Below, one piece after another: positions 11,271-24,115 of a DNA stretch of 64,000 bases. The DNA comes from Camelus dromedarius (lineage: Eukaryota), in contig NC_087437.1 in NCBI RefSeq assembly GCF_036321535.1, positions 43,092,001-43,156,000 on the forward strand, given 5' to 3'. The notes beneath the pieces were generated by a model. The model was not told the origin of the DNA. It did not search any database and saw nothing but the letters and a program-made list of their open reading frames with translations. The stretch's first letter is position 1, and each line of letters begins with the position of its first letter. The position numbers were made by a program, and so were the translations under genes.

Positions 11271-11407
11271 CTAGAGCATTAAAACCACATAAACCTCGGA
11301 GAAGGACGGAGAATACAGAAGGTGGGGCACGAAGTGGAAAATTATCGGAAGCAACGCCAGGAACATCCGGCAAGATCAGAGCACGGCAGAATGCCCAAAC
11401 TGACCTG
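11271..11407 (-). other. Candidate spliced exon (minus strand), product unknown
   Basis: Long pyrimidine tract plus NAGNAG acceptor (ttctcttcttcatccag|cag|) and donor TAG|gtgagt. CpG-enriched, 134 or 137 nt. Confidence 0.4.
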
Positions 11408-11974
11408 CTGGATGAAGAAGAGAAACAGTCCCAGGAGAAAGAGACAAAGTAAAGAGTCAAACTTAGTTTGAGATTTTAGGAAAATAAAAGTTCACATTTG
11501 TCAAGTGATCATGCTGACCACTTTTAATAATATGATTCACATAAAAAAATCATTATTTGAGGGATTTCTGAAAAATAAAAAGAGAGGACAAATTTAGTAG
11601 CCAACCCAGTTAGTGAACACAGCAAGTTGCTATACTTCCTGCCCGATAACATATGCACACCTTAGGGGAGCTGCACACCGCCTTCCAGATCATTGAACAA
11701 ATGACTTCTTCAGTGCACTAATTATACTGAAAGAGTTAAAAGAGCTTCTAAACGCATTCTACACCCAAGGGAATGTTTAGTCTCAGGGAAGCTCAGGGAA
11801 GTTGAATCAAGAAATAAATGATGGCTATTTCTGATGCCCAAATGCCAGCATCCTGTCCCATCACCAATTTACAGCAACGCATTTTGTTTATTCCTCACTG
11901 TCCACCTTGTTTGCCATGTCCGAGTTGGTGTCCTTCCACAAAAACCCCAGTGAAGGTTAAATAAATCTTATGCA

Positions 11975-12620
11975 TTTTGTCCTTAAATCCCTCTGGCTTG
12001 GAAGTTAACAATATTGATTGAGTGTTGGCAGCAGGGGAGCCTATTGACTGTGTTGTCAAGGAGCTCAATCCAATGGGGGGAGGAAGTAAGGACAGGTATG
12101 TATATAATGTAAATGTAAGGGAGTGTGATCATCTTCACACAAGAAAAAGTGAGTCTTTGGAGGCTCAAAAGATAAGGGGAGGTGGGATCTAATTGTGAAG
12201 GTGTTTTAGATCAGGTTAGAGAGGGAACAATCAGAAAATGATGGGACTTAAGGTGACCTGCAATAATGCAGAGATTTGACAAGTTAATACGGAAGGTGAG
12301 AATGTATACCAGGAAGACAGAATGGCATGAGTGAGGGGAGGCATGGGGGTGGCAAAGAACAAGGACTGTGACCATGTCTGGCTGGAGTTGAGCTGGGAAG
12401 GAGGTAAGGAGTACCAGGAAGGAAAGATTGATTGGGACTTTTTGAAGGACTCTGAATGCCAGTGTGATGATGTTACATTTAATTTGGTAGGCAAAGGGGA
12501 GCCACCAGATGTTTGTGCACAAGAGAGTGACATGATTAAAACTGTTTTAAGAAGATTAATTTGGCAGTTCTCTTTGATTAGATTGATGTTGCAAGAGGCT
12601 GGAACTTGGGGGAAAAAACA
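11975..12620 (-). mobile_element. L2 antisense
   Basis: caatattgattgagtgtt...tcaaggagctcaatcca, gtaggcaaaggggagccaccagatgtttgtgcacaagagagtgacatgatt. Confidence 0.8.
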
Positions 12621-12745
12621 GTTAATGGGCTTTTACAATCATATCATCAGTAATTTTAAAAATCTTACGAATATTGAAAACTTCCCTGCAGTCCCATTGA
12701 TATCCATTTAAAAGTCTCCAAAGGATTATAAGGAGCATTATTAGC

Positions 12746-12801
12746 TTTTCTTCCTTCCTTCCTTCCTTCCTTCCTTCCTTCCTTCCTTCCTTCCTTCCTT
12801 C

Positions 12802-12855
<54 letters not shown>

Positions 12856-12958
12856 CTCTCTCTCTCTTTCTTTCTTCTTTCTTTCTTTCTTTCTTTCTCT
12901 TTCTTTCTTTCTTCCTTCCTTCCTTCCTTCCTTCCTTCCTTCCTTCCTTCCTTCCTTC

Positions 12959-13026
<68 letters not shown>

Positions 13027-13058
13027 TTTCTCTCTCTCTTTCTTTCCTTTCTTTCTTT
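12746..13058. repeat. Compound polypyrimidine microsatellite (TTCC)n(TTTC)n(TC)n
   Basis: Direct reading: about 310 bp of pure pyrimidine on the + strand. Confidence 0.97.
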
Positions 13059-13164
13059 GAAAGAAGAAAGAAAGGTTTTCTGGGAAAAGCTATCCATCAG
13101 TTGAAAAGTTGTCCTCTGGGAAAGGGCTGAGCCCTCGGGCCTCCTGCTAGCATATCGGCTGTGG

Positions 13165-13320
13165 ACAGAGCTCTGGCTGGATTCATGGCTTCCTGTTCTG
13201 GTTCTGTTACTGTGTTGCTATGTGACTTGGAACAAATCATGTCACCTCTTTGGGCCTCAGTTTTCACTTGTGTGAAATGAGGGTTTAGACTTCATGACCT
13301 CTAGAGTTATATCCATATTT
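13165..13320 (+). mobile_element. MIR3-like SINE
   Basis: tgtgacttggaacaaatcatgtcacctctttgggcctcagttttcac...tagacttcatgacctcta. Confidence 0.75.
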
Positions 13321-15193
13321 CACACTTACAGGTTTTTTTTTTTTAAATAGGAACAGAGGGAATTGCCATAAATAAAGGGTTAATATCTGTCTACATTTTC
13401 TTATGCCTGTTTCACTGACAGAGAATTCTTGAAAGGAGGGTGAGTTGAAGACTTCACTTCATGCATGGATTTAATGTAGCATGAGCTTGTTTCATTTCTT
13501 GCAACAGTTTAAATGCCATTTTTAATGTTTTCTTGTCATGCTACTGTTGCTGTTTTTCCCTGTTTCCAAGAAGCTAAACTGTTGCAGATGTCTGTTGCCA
13601 CTTCCTACAATGAATTAAGGATACATTATAGATGCAGTTTCTTCCTTATATTTAAAAAAACTTAGAATACCAATTTAAATAAATCAGCTGTGGTATAATA
13701 TATCTTAGTTTTATCTGCTAGCAAATAATTTAAATCAGTGATCTAGCAGTGCAATACTTTAAAAACATCAATGCAAGACAGCTACCACATACAGTTAGAA
13801 CCAACAGAGCTTTTTCAATTAATTAATTATAATAGAACATAGAGCATATTAGGCAACCAATGGTAGTACTTCCAAGACTAACTTACAGCTTACAGATTAG
13901 CTAATTTTTTTTAACTAAAAATGTGATATGGTTGATAATTCTCATATTTTATTCTTTCCTTCTCCTTCCCCCCCCCCCCCCCCCGGGGACTTCCAGATAA
14001 TTTTATAAAAGGCTTGTGAGGATAGCATGCTTAATATGTATTTTAGTGAAAACTTTCTTTTACTGTGTAGCAGTTGTTAGAGATTCATCCATGTCAGTTT
14101 GGTCAGACAGATGTAGAGAATGGGTAAGTCAAATGTTCTTAACTCTACTCATTTGCTGTTTTCCTCATTTTAATTAGAAGTCATCAGCTGTTTCTGGATA
14201 TACTACTCCATTATGCTGAAACAGGACTTAGCAGACCGAGTTTGAGTCATTGCAGTACTGGGATACCACTGTTAGAAGTATCTATCACTCCCTTTTCTTT
14301 AATTTTGCAAAAAATGGACAGATGAACTACAGCTGTGAAGCAGTTGGGTAAATGAATGACTTTATGTATGTTAGGAACAATATCCTCAGTATGGATTTTA
14401 GAGAGAAGCTAACATGAACTGTCTTCTGAGGTGCGGACAAGCGTTTGGACACTATAGATAATGGAAAGACTGTGCCTCTTCCCCACTCCCACCATCCCTC
14501 AGACACACGTCCCACCATTACTGCCATGCTGGTACTTTTGCTCGGATTGCAAGTTAATAAACAGATTTGGATTTAGTGGTTGCTTTTAGTATGTTTGGTT
14601 AAGTGGAGATATGTGTACATTTACTCATGCTTCTACATCTTCTCCCAGGTAATATTTCCAAATGGGTCTTGGTCTTTTCCTTCTCTTTGAGAACACAACA
14701 AAGACTGTGTGTAGCAAGCTACAAATCACGAACCATTTATTAAATAACCTGTTATGCACTATTTATGGATTAGCTAATAAATCAACATTTTAATTATCAA
14801 TCCAATATTAAGAGAAATTGTCAACTAGTAAAATAAAATGGTAATTAAGAAGTATTCATTCAACTTACCTGATCTCTTCACCTAAGTCTGCCTTGAAAAT
14901 CTTGGAATATTTAATATAATAGAAGAAGTCTTTAAGGAGTCGGCAGATACGAATCAACTGACTTTTAACAGTGTTACCAGTATGAAAAGTTCAGTACAGA
15001 ATTGAAATGAACTTACTATTAGGACTATCGACTTTGTTTAATATAAAGGGTGATAGAAACATCTTTGAAATTTGGTGTGATTTTTTTTTTCTTGTAGCTT
15101 GAAATATAGCTTTGGTAATTGAATTTATATTAGTATCTTTATCACAGTACATTCAAATGTATGAAGTCCCTTCTCTGTTAATAGCCTATAGAT

Positions 15194-15403
15194 CAGTGGT
15201 GTCTAATAGAACTTTCTGTAGTCATAGAAATGTTCTGTGTCTGCCCTGATTGGTATGACAACCACTAGCTACATGTGGCTATTAAAAACTCAAGGTATAG
15301 CTAATGTGACTGAGAAACTATTTAACTTTATTTAACTTTTATTAATATAAATTAAAATTTAAATAGTTACCTATGATTAATTGCTTCCATTTTGAAAGTG
15401 TGG
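15194..15403 (+). mobile_element. MER3 hAT-Charlie DNA transposon
   Basis: cagtggtgtctaatagaactttctg...accactagctacatgtggctatt...aaatttaaatagttac matches the MER3 layout. Confidence 0.85.
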
Positions 15404-17401
15404 CTAGAGGATGAATATTATTATCATTAGAAGAAAGATAAAGATTGTCTAGGATTTTCAAATATGAGAAAAAACATAGTATCTGTATTTTGATAAGCAT
15501 TGAATTTAGAAGATAATAGCTAGAAATTGTGACAAGAAAGGATTATTCTAGTTAAATATGTCAAGTATGATTATTTTTTATTTCAGGCATTTTTAGAATA
15601 GAACACTATAAAATTTAGTTTAACCAGCTCTTTGCAGATTTTTTTTTCCCTGAGATTTTACCATCAGTGTTGCAAAATTGAAACAAAAGATATTCAGAAC
15701 AATGGGTTACATCAAAGTTTATTTTATACAGGGTACTCTTGCTAATGTTTTTTTTCAGAGAGGTATATAGTTAAGAGCTTTTTTGTTATTAAAACTAATG
15801 TTTACCATATTTTCTCCCAAGGGTATATACCAGTGTGGGCCACATTCTCCCAGCTATTCTAGAATTGGTCCCAGAAAATGACTTAGTCATTTGGAAATAT
15901 TTTTATTAGTTGTTTTTAGGATTCTTAGCTTACAAACTTGTCACATGGTCTGTTTTTAGAGAATTAAACTGACCATTATAACTGTTGACTTTTCAAATTA
16001 TTTTCCTAGATTTTACTGATGATTCATAATCTATTCTTCATTTGCAAAATCTAGCTGTTGCCAAAAATGGCAAAACAATCCCAGTGGGAGAGAAAGGTAG
16101 ATTTCCCTTGGGATCTCTTGAAACTCACTGACTGAGAAACAAAAACATTTTCATAAGATTGGCTCGTGAGTAAACCAATGTCATCAAAAGTGATGTCTTC
16201 TTTCTCTCCTTTCTTTCTTTACTCAGATTCCCATGGGTTTAAGTCCAACACATTATATGGAAACATTTGCAATTTGTGATTTTCTAGCATATTAACCCAA
16301 GAGCCAAAATACTTACTATTTGTATCATGGCATCATCTCAGCTAGTACTGTTTTTTGATGTTGTTTGTTTGTAGCAAATTAGTTCATTCTTGCCCTTGGT
16401 ACAAAACTTCTTGCTTTTAAGGCTATTATTCTTTTACTCATGATTTTCTTAATAGCAGCTTGAGTTTGTTTGTATCTTGAAGAAGACACGTGTCACTTAT
16501 TTTGCATACTTTGTTCTCACAAGGACTCATGCTGTAAGTTGTTCAAGCAGCTGGCTGTACATTTCATCCAGGTGAGACTTTTTAATCTGTTGGCTCTTCG
16601 GCAAAATAAATCATTCCTGAAGATCTGTGCGCACTGTCAGAATTCTTCTGCTGTGTTCCCGTGAGGCTTTTGTTGATGTTGCTCTTGATTCCAGTGTTTG
16701 TCCTTTGAACTGCTCGCTTTTCTATCTCCGTATTTTTTTCTCTTTTATGTAAATGCTCAATTCTTTTCTTGTCAGGTACTGCTCTCATCTTCTATCATTT
16801 GCATAGCTGGGAGTTTAGGCAGTGAAAAATAGCTCTTACTGACTTGAGCCTGGCCTGCCTGAGTAAGCAAGCTTCCTGAAGCCCCCCGGTCGCCTGAAAG
16901 GGCTTGGATTCCTCCCCTCGGGAATAACCTTTCTCCATAACATGCTCTTCTTAGTGAAGACTGTTTTCTGTTTTTTGTTTATAAATGTGAGGATGTCATT
17001 TCACTTTAACCTTAGAGTGAGCTCACCCAGCTGAAGGAAAAAAAAAAAAACCCACAAAAATCTCTCTCTTTTTCTTTCATTATTACTGAGTTTTTCTGTC
17101 TGCAATTCATGTGAATTTTTATAAATTTCATGAATTTTAGATTTTGTCTTTTAACAATAGTCATTGAACATCCAAGATGTGTAGAGCAATGTATTGGCCT
17201 CGTGATTGGTTAGATATGAAAAAATCTGTCTAAATATGCACATAAAGAAAGGAGTTAGACAGTTATCTTAATGTCATATGAATTTGTATTTCTCTCATTA
17301 CACCTTAGTTGAAATTTTCATATATTTTTGTATTTTCATGGTGCTCTCTATGAATAATGTATTCATATCTTTTGCACAATCTATTTTATTCATTGTATTT
17401 A

Positions 17402-17543
17402 CTTATTTATCTTTTTTTATTGGAGTATAGTCAGTTTCAATGGGTCAATTTCTCAGGTACTGCATAGTGCCCAGGCATACGTGTGTGTACATATGTTCAT
17501 CTTCATATTCTTTTTCACTAGAGGTTATTACAAGATATTGAAT
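17402..17543 (-). mobile_element. Short camelid-type L1 3' end
   Basis: ttttattggagtatagtcagttt...catattctttttcactagaggttattacaagatattgaata. Confidence 0.8.
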
Positions 17544-19062
17544 AAAAATAGGGAACAATGCAGAAAAAAAAGGAGTTAGAGGAGATGCCCTGTGAAAGTT
17601 TTAAATATATATTCAATCAATATGTAAGATATTAGAAACTGGGAACAATCTTAGATACTGTGAGCTACATCTTTTGTGTGTGTGTTTTGTTTAGAACCTG
17701 GGGTAACGTTAAAATTTTGTCCGAAGAAGCTGAATGTAATGTTTTAATTACTTAATGAGGTCAGAGGACTTTGTGGAACATTATATAAATAACTACTATT
17801 ACTTTGTAAGCAATTTTAGGGTTTCTGTAATCCTTTTTCTTTATTCCTCAATTTAATCACAATGATAAGGGACATATCTGAGTTATAAAATATCTTGTTG
17901 CCTTTTTTTTTTTTTTTTTGATAAGTCTTCTAGCTGGGAGGATCATTTAATGATTTCCTTGTACATGGACTATATTCCCAGACTGAGGTTGATCCAGTGT
18001 TAATTAGGTTGGCAAACACCATCTCTAAGTTCCTAAAAATTAGACTACAAGAATAGCAAAATGGTCAATAGACAATTACCTTTTTAATTAACAACTACTT
18101 CTCAAATTAAAAAGAATATTCTTTATTCAAAGAATTAGATTCAGTTATCATTAAAAAAGATACCCCAAATAATTTAGGTTTAAAGGAAGAGCTGTATAAA
18201 AACAGGCTGTAAAATATCCAGTAGAAGGTTCTTTGAAACTTGGAAATCCTTAGCTAAATGGCTTTTAGCAAGTTGTGTATCAAGTTTCTTATAGATGATT
18301 CCATTTGAATCACATTTACACAGCTAATCCTTTTATCTCTAACCCCTTCACATCTTGTTTAATATTGCTGGTTTAAACATCTGCACCTTCATTGCTTTAA
18401 AAAAAAAAAGGCTTGACTGTGTTAAGACATTGAAGAAATCAATCTCCATTTCAGACTTTATCAGACTTGTATAATTATAGTTTAAAAAGCCTTCAAAATT
18501 CAATAAGTTCTTTTTCTAACCTTTATAGAAAAAAGAATTTTAAGTGTGTACCAAAAATTCAAGAGACCTTGGAAAATGCTGAAGGTTAAAGAAGGCAGGA
18601 GTTGTTTGAGAGGGTTTTCTTTTTTCCAGACAAAGGAGAAGAGAAAAAAATGCATGTCTTTAGAATAAACTGTGTTTCTCGATTACTTATGAGGCATGCT
18701 TGGGAAAGCGAACAAAGCAGAGCCAGTCAAGTGTAATTGGGAGGCTAGCTATTTTGGAAGGTATTGCCAAGCCTACACGGACAAGGAGAAAAGATCTTGC
18801 AGGGAAGCACCTAAACAGCTGACGTTCTCTCTGAATGATGAGCAAGATTTTCAAGGCACAGAGCTATGTGTTCCCCTATTGGCATCATGAATAGAGAACA
18901 GTAATCTTTTTTTTTTTTTTTTAAGTAATGGATATGAAGTTCTAGAATCCCTGACTGTAATTATTCATCCTCTTTGCTTGATTTTATTTAATTTGGGAGT
19001 AGGTCTGCTGTATTTTAAGGAGATAGAACCAAAGACAATTTCAAAATAAAGCTAGGTATAAT

Positions 19063-19400
<338 letters not shown>

Positions 19401-21949
19401 AATGTTATTATAATATGTGTGATGGCTGTGTTCTACATTTCCCCCAGGTCAAAGGGTTCAGTATATTCCTTTTAGGTAGTGTCTACTGACCTTTTATGAT
19501 CAGACATCCCAGCTCCCATTTTTTGCAGTGATCAGTTTAACAGCTTCTCATTTAATAATACCATCCTTCAGAATTTCTCCTCCTCCACAGAGAGAGGCTC
19601 AGTCCTTTGTGAGCTCCGTCTCTGCAGGGACAGCTGTGAGGCAGCAGTGCTCTTTAAAATTCTTTCCTTGCATGTTTCCCTGATGTAGAACAGTGTTCTT
19701 CTGACATGCCTTGCTTAAATTTTCTTTCAAGTGTCATAAACCTCTGGACTTTGTCACCCCAATTAATGTTGTATGCAAATAGAGTTATTGGAGGTTGGGG
19801 ATGAAGACTTTTAGGAGGGGTGAGACTTGAGAGATGTGGTAAGGAAGTGAAAAAGAGGAAACGTGTGGTTTAATTGGAGTTGGTCCAGATGGGGAGCTTC
19901 AGAGAAAATTCCAAGATAAGAGCCGGTAGGTAAGTTGCCTTCTCAGGACATCAAGATGTGGTGTGCCAACGTGGCCCTCTGTGTGATCCTTCCAGCTGGC
20001 AATTTTGTAGATAGTTTTAGATTTAAATGATTGGAGAGAGACAAATCCATTCTGAAAGTGGTTATTTTAAATCAAATGTCTAGCTCAAATCTTTATTATC
20101 AGCAAATATCTATTAAATGGTCACTGAGTAAGGAATATTCTGTTACGGATGCAAGTGGAAGATTCTCACATGTGAAGAATACAGACTCTTTGTTTTGAGA
20201 AAGATTGTTTATGAGGTTATTTGTTTTTTCTAAGTGTAGTCTTTTTTTTTTTTTTTTTTTTTTTTAATCTTTGGGACTTAACTTTTCTTTCCCCTGTTTT
20301 CTTATTTATTTTGGGATTTAACTTTCCTTTTACTCCTGAACAGCCAAAAACAACAAAAGACTTTGTGCTTAGCACATGTGTCTATGTTTCTGTTTGTGTA
20401 TGTATGTGTTGGGGGAATAAATATTTGTGTGAAAATACACACACACACACATGTGTGTATGTGTGTATAAAAGTGATGCTGCCAAAAGCAAGGGTTTCAC
20501 TTCTGTCTTCTTACTTCACAAATGTTGGTTTCATCCCAGAGTTATTTTTGAAGTACAGTATCATTTGACAACTCAGTAAGTACAGATATTTGTAATTACC
20601 TATAACCATGGTTACAGGAGTAAACTGAGTCCAACTAGGGGTAAAATCTACTCTGGAATGGTAGTTACTTGGGAAGTTATTTCCCAACATGCCTTCAGAA
20701 TAGGTGAAAATGGGTTTCCATCTCATAAATTCTGGTCATTATGTTTCTTGCATTATACATTAAAATTAAGTTGTGGCACAAAAGCCTGGAAGATTATGTT
20801 TTTGTAATTTATAATTTCAAGATGGAGTTTAACAATGTTCTTTATTTCATAATGAACTTTAATACTTTCCTCCTTTCTTAAGCCTAGCAAATTTGACCCA
20901 GGAGCAGATTTATTTTTTTTACAGCTGGGGGTATAAACTCTTGGAAGATGTTTTTTTATAATAGAAATGCTGCCATAACTTTAAATCTAGCAGTGCTAGG
21001 AGGCAGCCTTCAATCTTCATGATTTGCTGACAACATAGAAGTTTGTTTTCAGATGCATCTGCAATGTCTATCTTAAGCATCCCAGATTGTAGGAAATAAA
21101 GTGTTTTCCTCTTAGAGGGAAAAAAAAACCATTTTGCTGAGGGCAGCATCAGTGGAAATGGGTTTAGTATGCTGGATATGTCACTTAGTGCTTCTTGAAT
21201 TTTGCTAGATATTTTGGTTACAATGTGGGGCTTCCCAAATGGTGGATGTGCAAACATTTGTTCTGCTTCATTTTTCCCCCCAGAGTGTGTGGAAAATATA
21301 GCTGTGAAATTTCTAGGAATAAGGTGAAGAATTTCATCTTGCTTCCCTTTCAAAAATTTTGATACATTCTAGGTTTGTGGAAAATGCCTGAAGTCACTGT
21401 GAGATTATTTTATGTGAAGGGATCCTTTCATTGATGGTCTATATATAAACACTCAAAAAAAAAAAAAAGGCCATAAGCTAAGTGCAGCAGAATAAATGAC
21501 CTTGGTTCACTTTTAGCTCTGTCATTTTATGCTTTGTGTTCAGATGAAGGTCAGAGAATTCAGTCAATCAATCATTAGATATTTGGGTGCTTGAACACTT
21601 GCATGCCCAGAAAAGCTCAAGGAGCAGCATTTCTTACAGCTAACTGGACTCCCACTGTCCATTCTCTCTTGAAATTAAGAGCCATGGAAGACAGCTCCCA
21701 GATATTTGTGTTTCTCTAATGTTGTGGGTTCACTAGGTACACAGGTAGGATTTTTGATAAGTACAGAGAGTTTGCCTTGAAGGGGGGTTTCTGTAGTTGT
21801 CTTCTAAAGAAGGGTCAGGATGAGATCACTTCAGTTTCTGCTATGAGTCTCATTGCTTTCAGAAAATTTTTTCAATAGCCAAAAGTTTGTAGCTTTTTCT
21901 TAAAGTATTTTTAACTTTTGATATTGTATATGTAAAAGGGATTTGTGGG

Positions 21950-22330
21950 AGCTAAGTCTGACAAATAGGGGGCTGGATCAGAAAAAGCCTTACAGGCTAC
22001 GTTAAAGACTTTAGCTTTTACTCCAAGATGAGGAGCCTTTAAAAGTCTTCAGCCAAGGATTGCCATGAGCTGACTTTTGCTGACTCCTTTCAATCTCTTC
22101 TTAATACTACAGCCAGAAGTGATATCTTCAGAACGTGACTCTGATTATTTCACCATCTTTTTGGAGACTCCAGTTACAAACCCTCCTATGGTGTTCATTT
22201 GCTCTTCTGATACTGTCCTCCATGGTTTGGCCTCTGCCAACTTTTCAAGCTTTGTCTGGTTCCACACTCACCCTTGCCACCTGGACTGGAGTCACTTTGT
22301 CCTTTGTTTAATGTTTCTAGTGTGCTCCCC
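21950..22330. mobile_element. Two adjacent L2 fragments in opposite orientation
   Basis: Minus piece: gttaaagactttagcttttactccaagatgaggagcc. Plus piece: acagccagaagtgatatcttcagaacgtgactctgatt. Confidence 0.6.
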
Positions 22331-22469
22331 ACTAGGCCATTTTCTCTTCTGTATGCTCTTGGCCACGTATGTGTGTATGATTAAGTGACAAGGTGGGTAT
22401 TTAGCATTGATCTGATAGGAAATGGGAAATTTTGTAAGTTCCTAAAAAGAGAAATTTTGTAGCCCAGGA

Positions 22470-22630
22470 GCTCACACATGGAAGGAACTCCAGGGGCATC
22501 TAGTTCAAACATTTTCATCGTGTCCAAAAATGGCTACATGGGTTCAATGTGGACACCTCCAGTCACAGGCAGAGGATTGCCACCTACAAAGGAAGCCTAG
22601 TCCATTGAGCTATTAGAAACAGCTTCTCTG
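22470..22630 (-). mobile_element. CR1/L3 LINE fragment
   Basis: ggaaggaactccaggggcatctagttcaa...ggacacctccagtcacagg...cacctacaaaggaagcctagtccattgagctattagaaac. Confidence 0.6.
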
Positions 22631-23329
22631 AGAAAGGAATTTCTGGTGAAGTCTATCAGGTGAAGAACATCAGACTTCCAGGGCCATGGCAGAAGAAAGC
22701 TTCCTGATTCTCTCCTAGTTCTCATTTAGAAGTACAGTATTTGTAGAACAGAATATATTGGACTGGATTTTTTTTCTCTCTTAACTCTGATCTCCGACAG
22801 CTTGTTAAAGCTCTTACATATAATCTACTTATGTTAGCTTATACTAACAACAACACAGCAGGGCACTGTTCTGTTACCCATTTTAATACAATTCTGAGAT
22901 GGTGTGATAAATGACAACTTGTCTAAATAATTTCCTACTAGAATAAAGGCTGTATCTGCCAATAAAGGTAACCTTGCCTAAATCCATATTTGTAATTAAA
23001 AGCGTTATGGGCTTTTAAATTTTTCAAATTAATGGTGAAATACATGTTCTTTGTCTTTTAAAAAAAATGAAACAATATAATATTAGATAAAACAGTAAGT
23101 GAAAAACTCTGTTGACCTCTTCCATCTCACCAGATACCTTGTTGACAGAATATATGAAGTAGATGATTAAAAAACAAAAATTAAAGTTAACAAAATGCCC
23201 ATTAGAAAATATATGCCCCATAAATGAAATGAATAAGTAAATGAACTCTTCTTCATGTTCCCCAAGCGCATCCCACAAATAGGACTACAGTGAACACATT
23301 CAGAATCCTCTGTTTACATATATTGCTAT

Positions 23330-23575
23330 GACTCATGTCTTATGTTCTTACATATGTATTTCAAGTCTCTATCATATGAGTAAGTATATAATTAACTCAT
23401 AAAATGGAATGACATAACAGGTGTTATTCAGCAAGTTGCTTGTTTTCAATTAACAATAAATTACAGACCTCCTCCCACGTCTATAATGCATACCATTTAT
23501 TCCCTAAGTTTCAATACATATGTAATAGGAGGAATGCACCATGATTCATTTAACCATTCCTGTCTTGAAAATTAT
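23330..23575 (-). mobile_element. Old L1 (L1ME-like) fragment
   Basis: aaaatggaatgacata...ggaatgcaccatgattcatttaaccattcc. Confidence 0.55.
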
Positions 23576-23639
23576 TTTAAAATTCATACAAAGTATTATT
23601 TTATTTAGAGCATTTATAATTCAGCTTACTTACTATTGC

Positions 23640-23880
23640 TAATGAAAACTGTGCTTTAGGAAGATTGTTCTGTCATCAGTGTACAGGAGGAGTTGGAATT
23701 GGGAAAGAAGGTGCACCAGCAGAGCAATAAGATATTTTTCCTTCCTGAAATGATCCCGATCTGAGATGAGAGAGACAGACTGGGGTGGGGCAGAGGAAGG
23801 GCTGAGGCTGAGAGATGGAGGATGCCCAGTCAGGGAAGAGCCCTTGGAGTGACAGCAGCACATCTAAGTGGACACGCAGA
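23640..23880 (-). mobile_element. L2 fragment
   Basis: tgtgctttaggaagattgttctgtcatcagtgtacaggaggagttgga...cagtcagggaagagcccttggagtgacagcag. Confidence 0.55.
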
Positions 23881-23984
23881 AGATGAGAGTGCTTTCCTGC
23901 ACATGTAGGGATGTGATGTCACTGCGGCACCGCATGGATAGATGTTAATTTTGTATCTCTTCTAAACTATAACACACTTAAAAA

Positions 23985-24115
23985 GATAAAAAACAGACTC
24001 ACAGACTTAGTAAACAATCTTATGGTTACTGGGGAAAGGGGTTGAGAGGGGATAAATTTGGGAGTTTGACATTTACAAATGTTAGCCACTATATATAAAA
24101 ATAGATTTAAAAAAT
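23985..24115 (+). mobile_element. Camelid-type L1 3'UTR fragment
   Basis: aacagactcacagacttagtaaacaatcttatggttactggggaaagg...gggagtttgacatttacaaatgttagccactatatataaaa. Confidence 0.8.

Noticed and set aside
12211..12711. Overlapping 100-126 aa ORFs on both strands
   Set aside because: They lie within a decayed L2 and show no coherent protein similarity.
12741..13097. 118-aa K/E/R-rich ORF
   Set aside because: It is simply the translation of the (GAAA)/(GGAA) microsatellite.
21950..22330. Inverted L2 pair as a miRNA-like hairpin
   Set aside because: The two L2 pieces are too diverged by eye to form a continuous stem.
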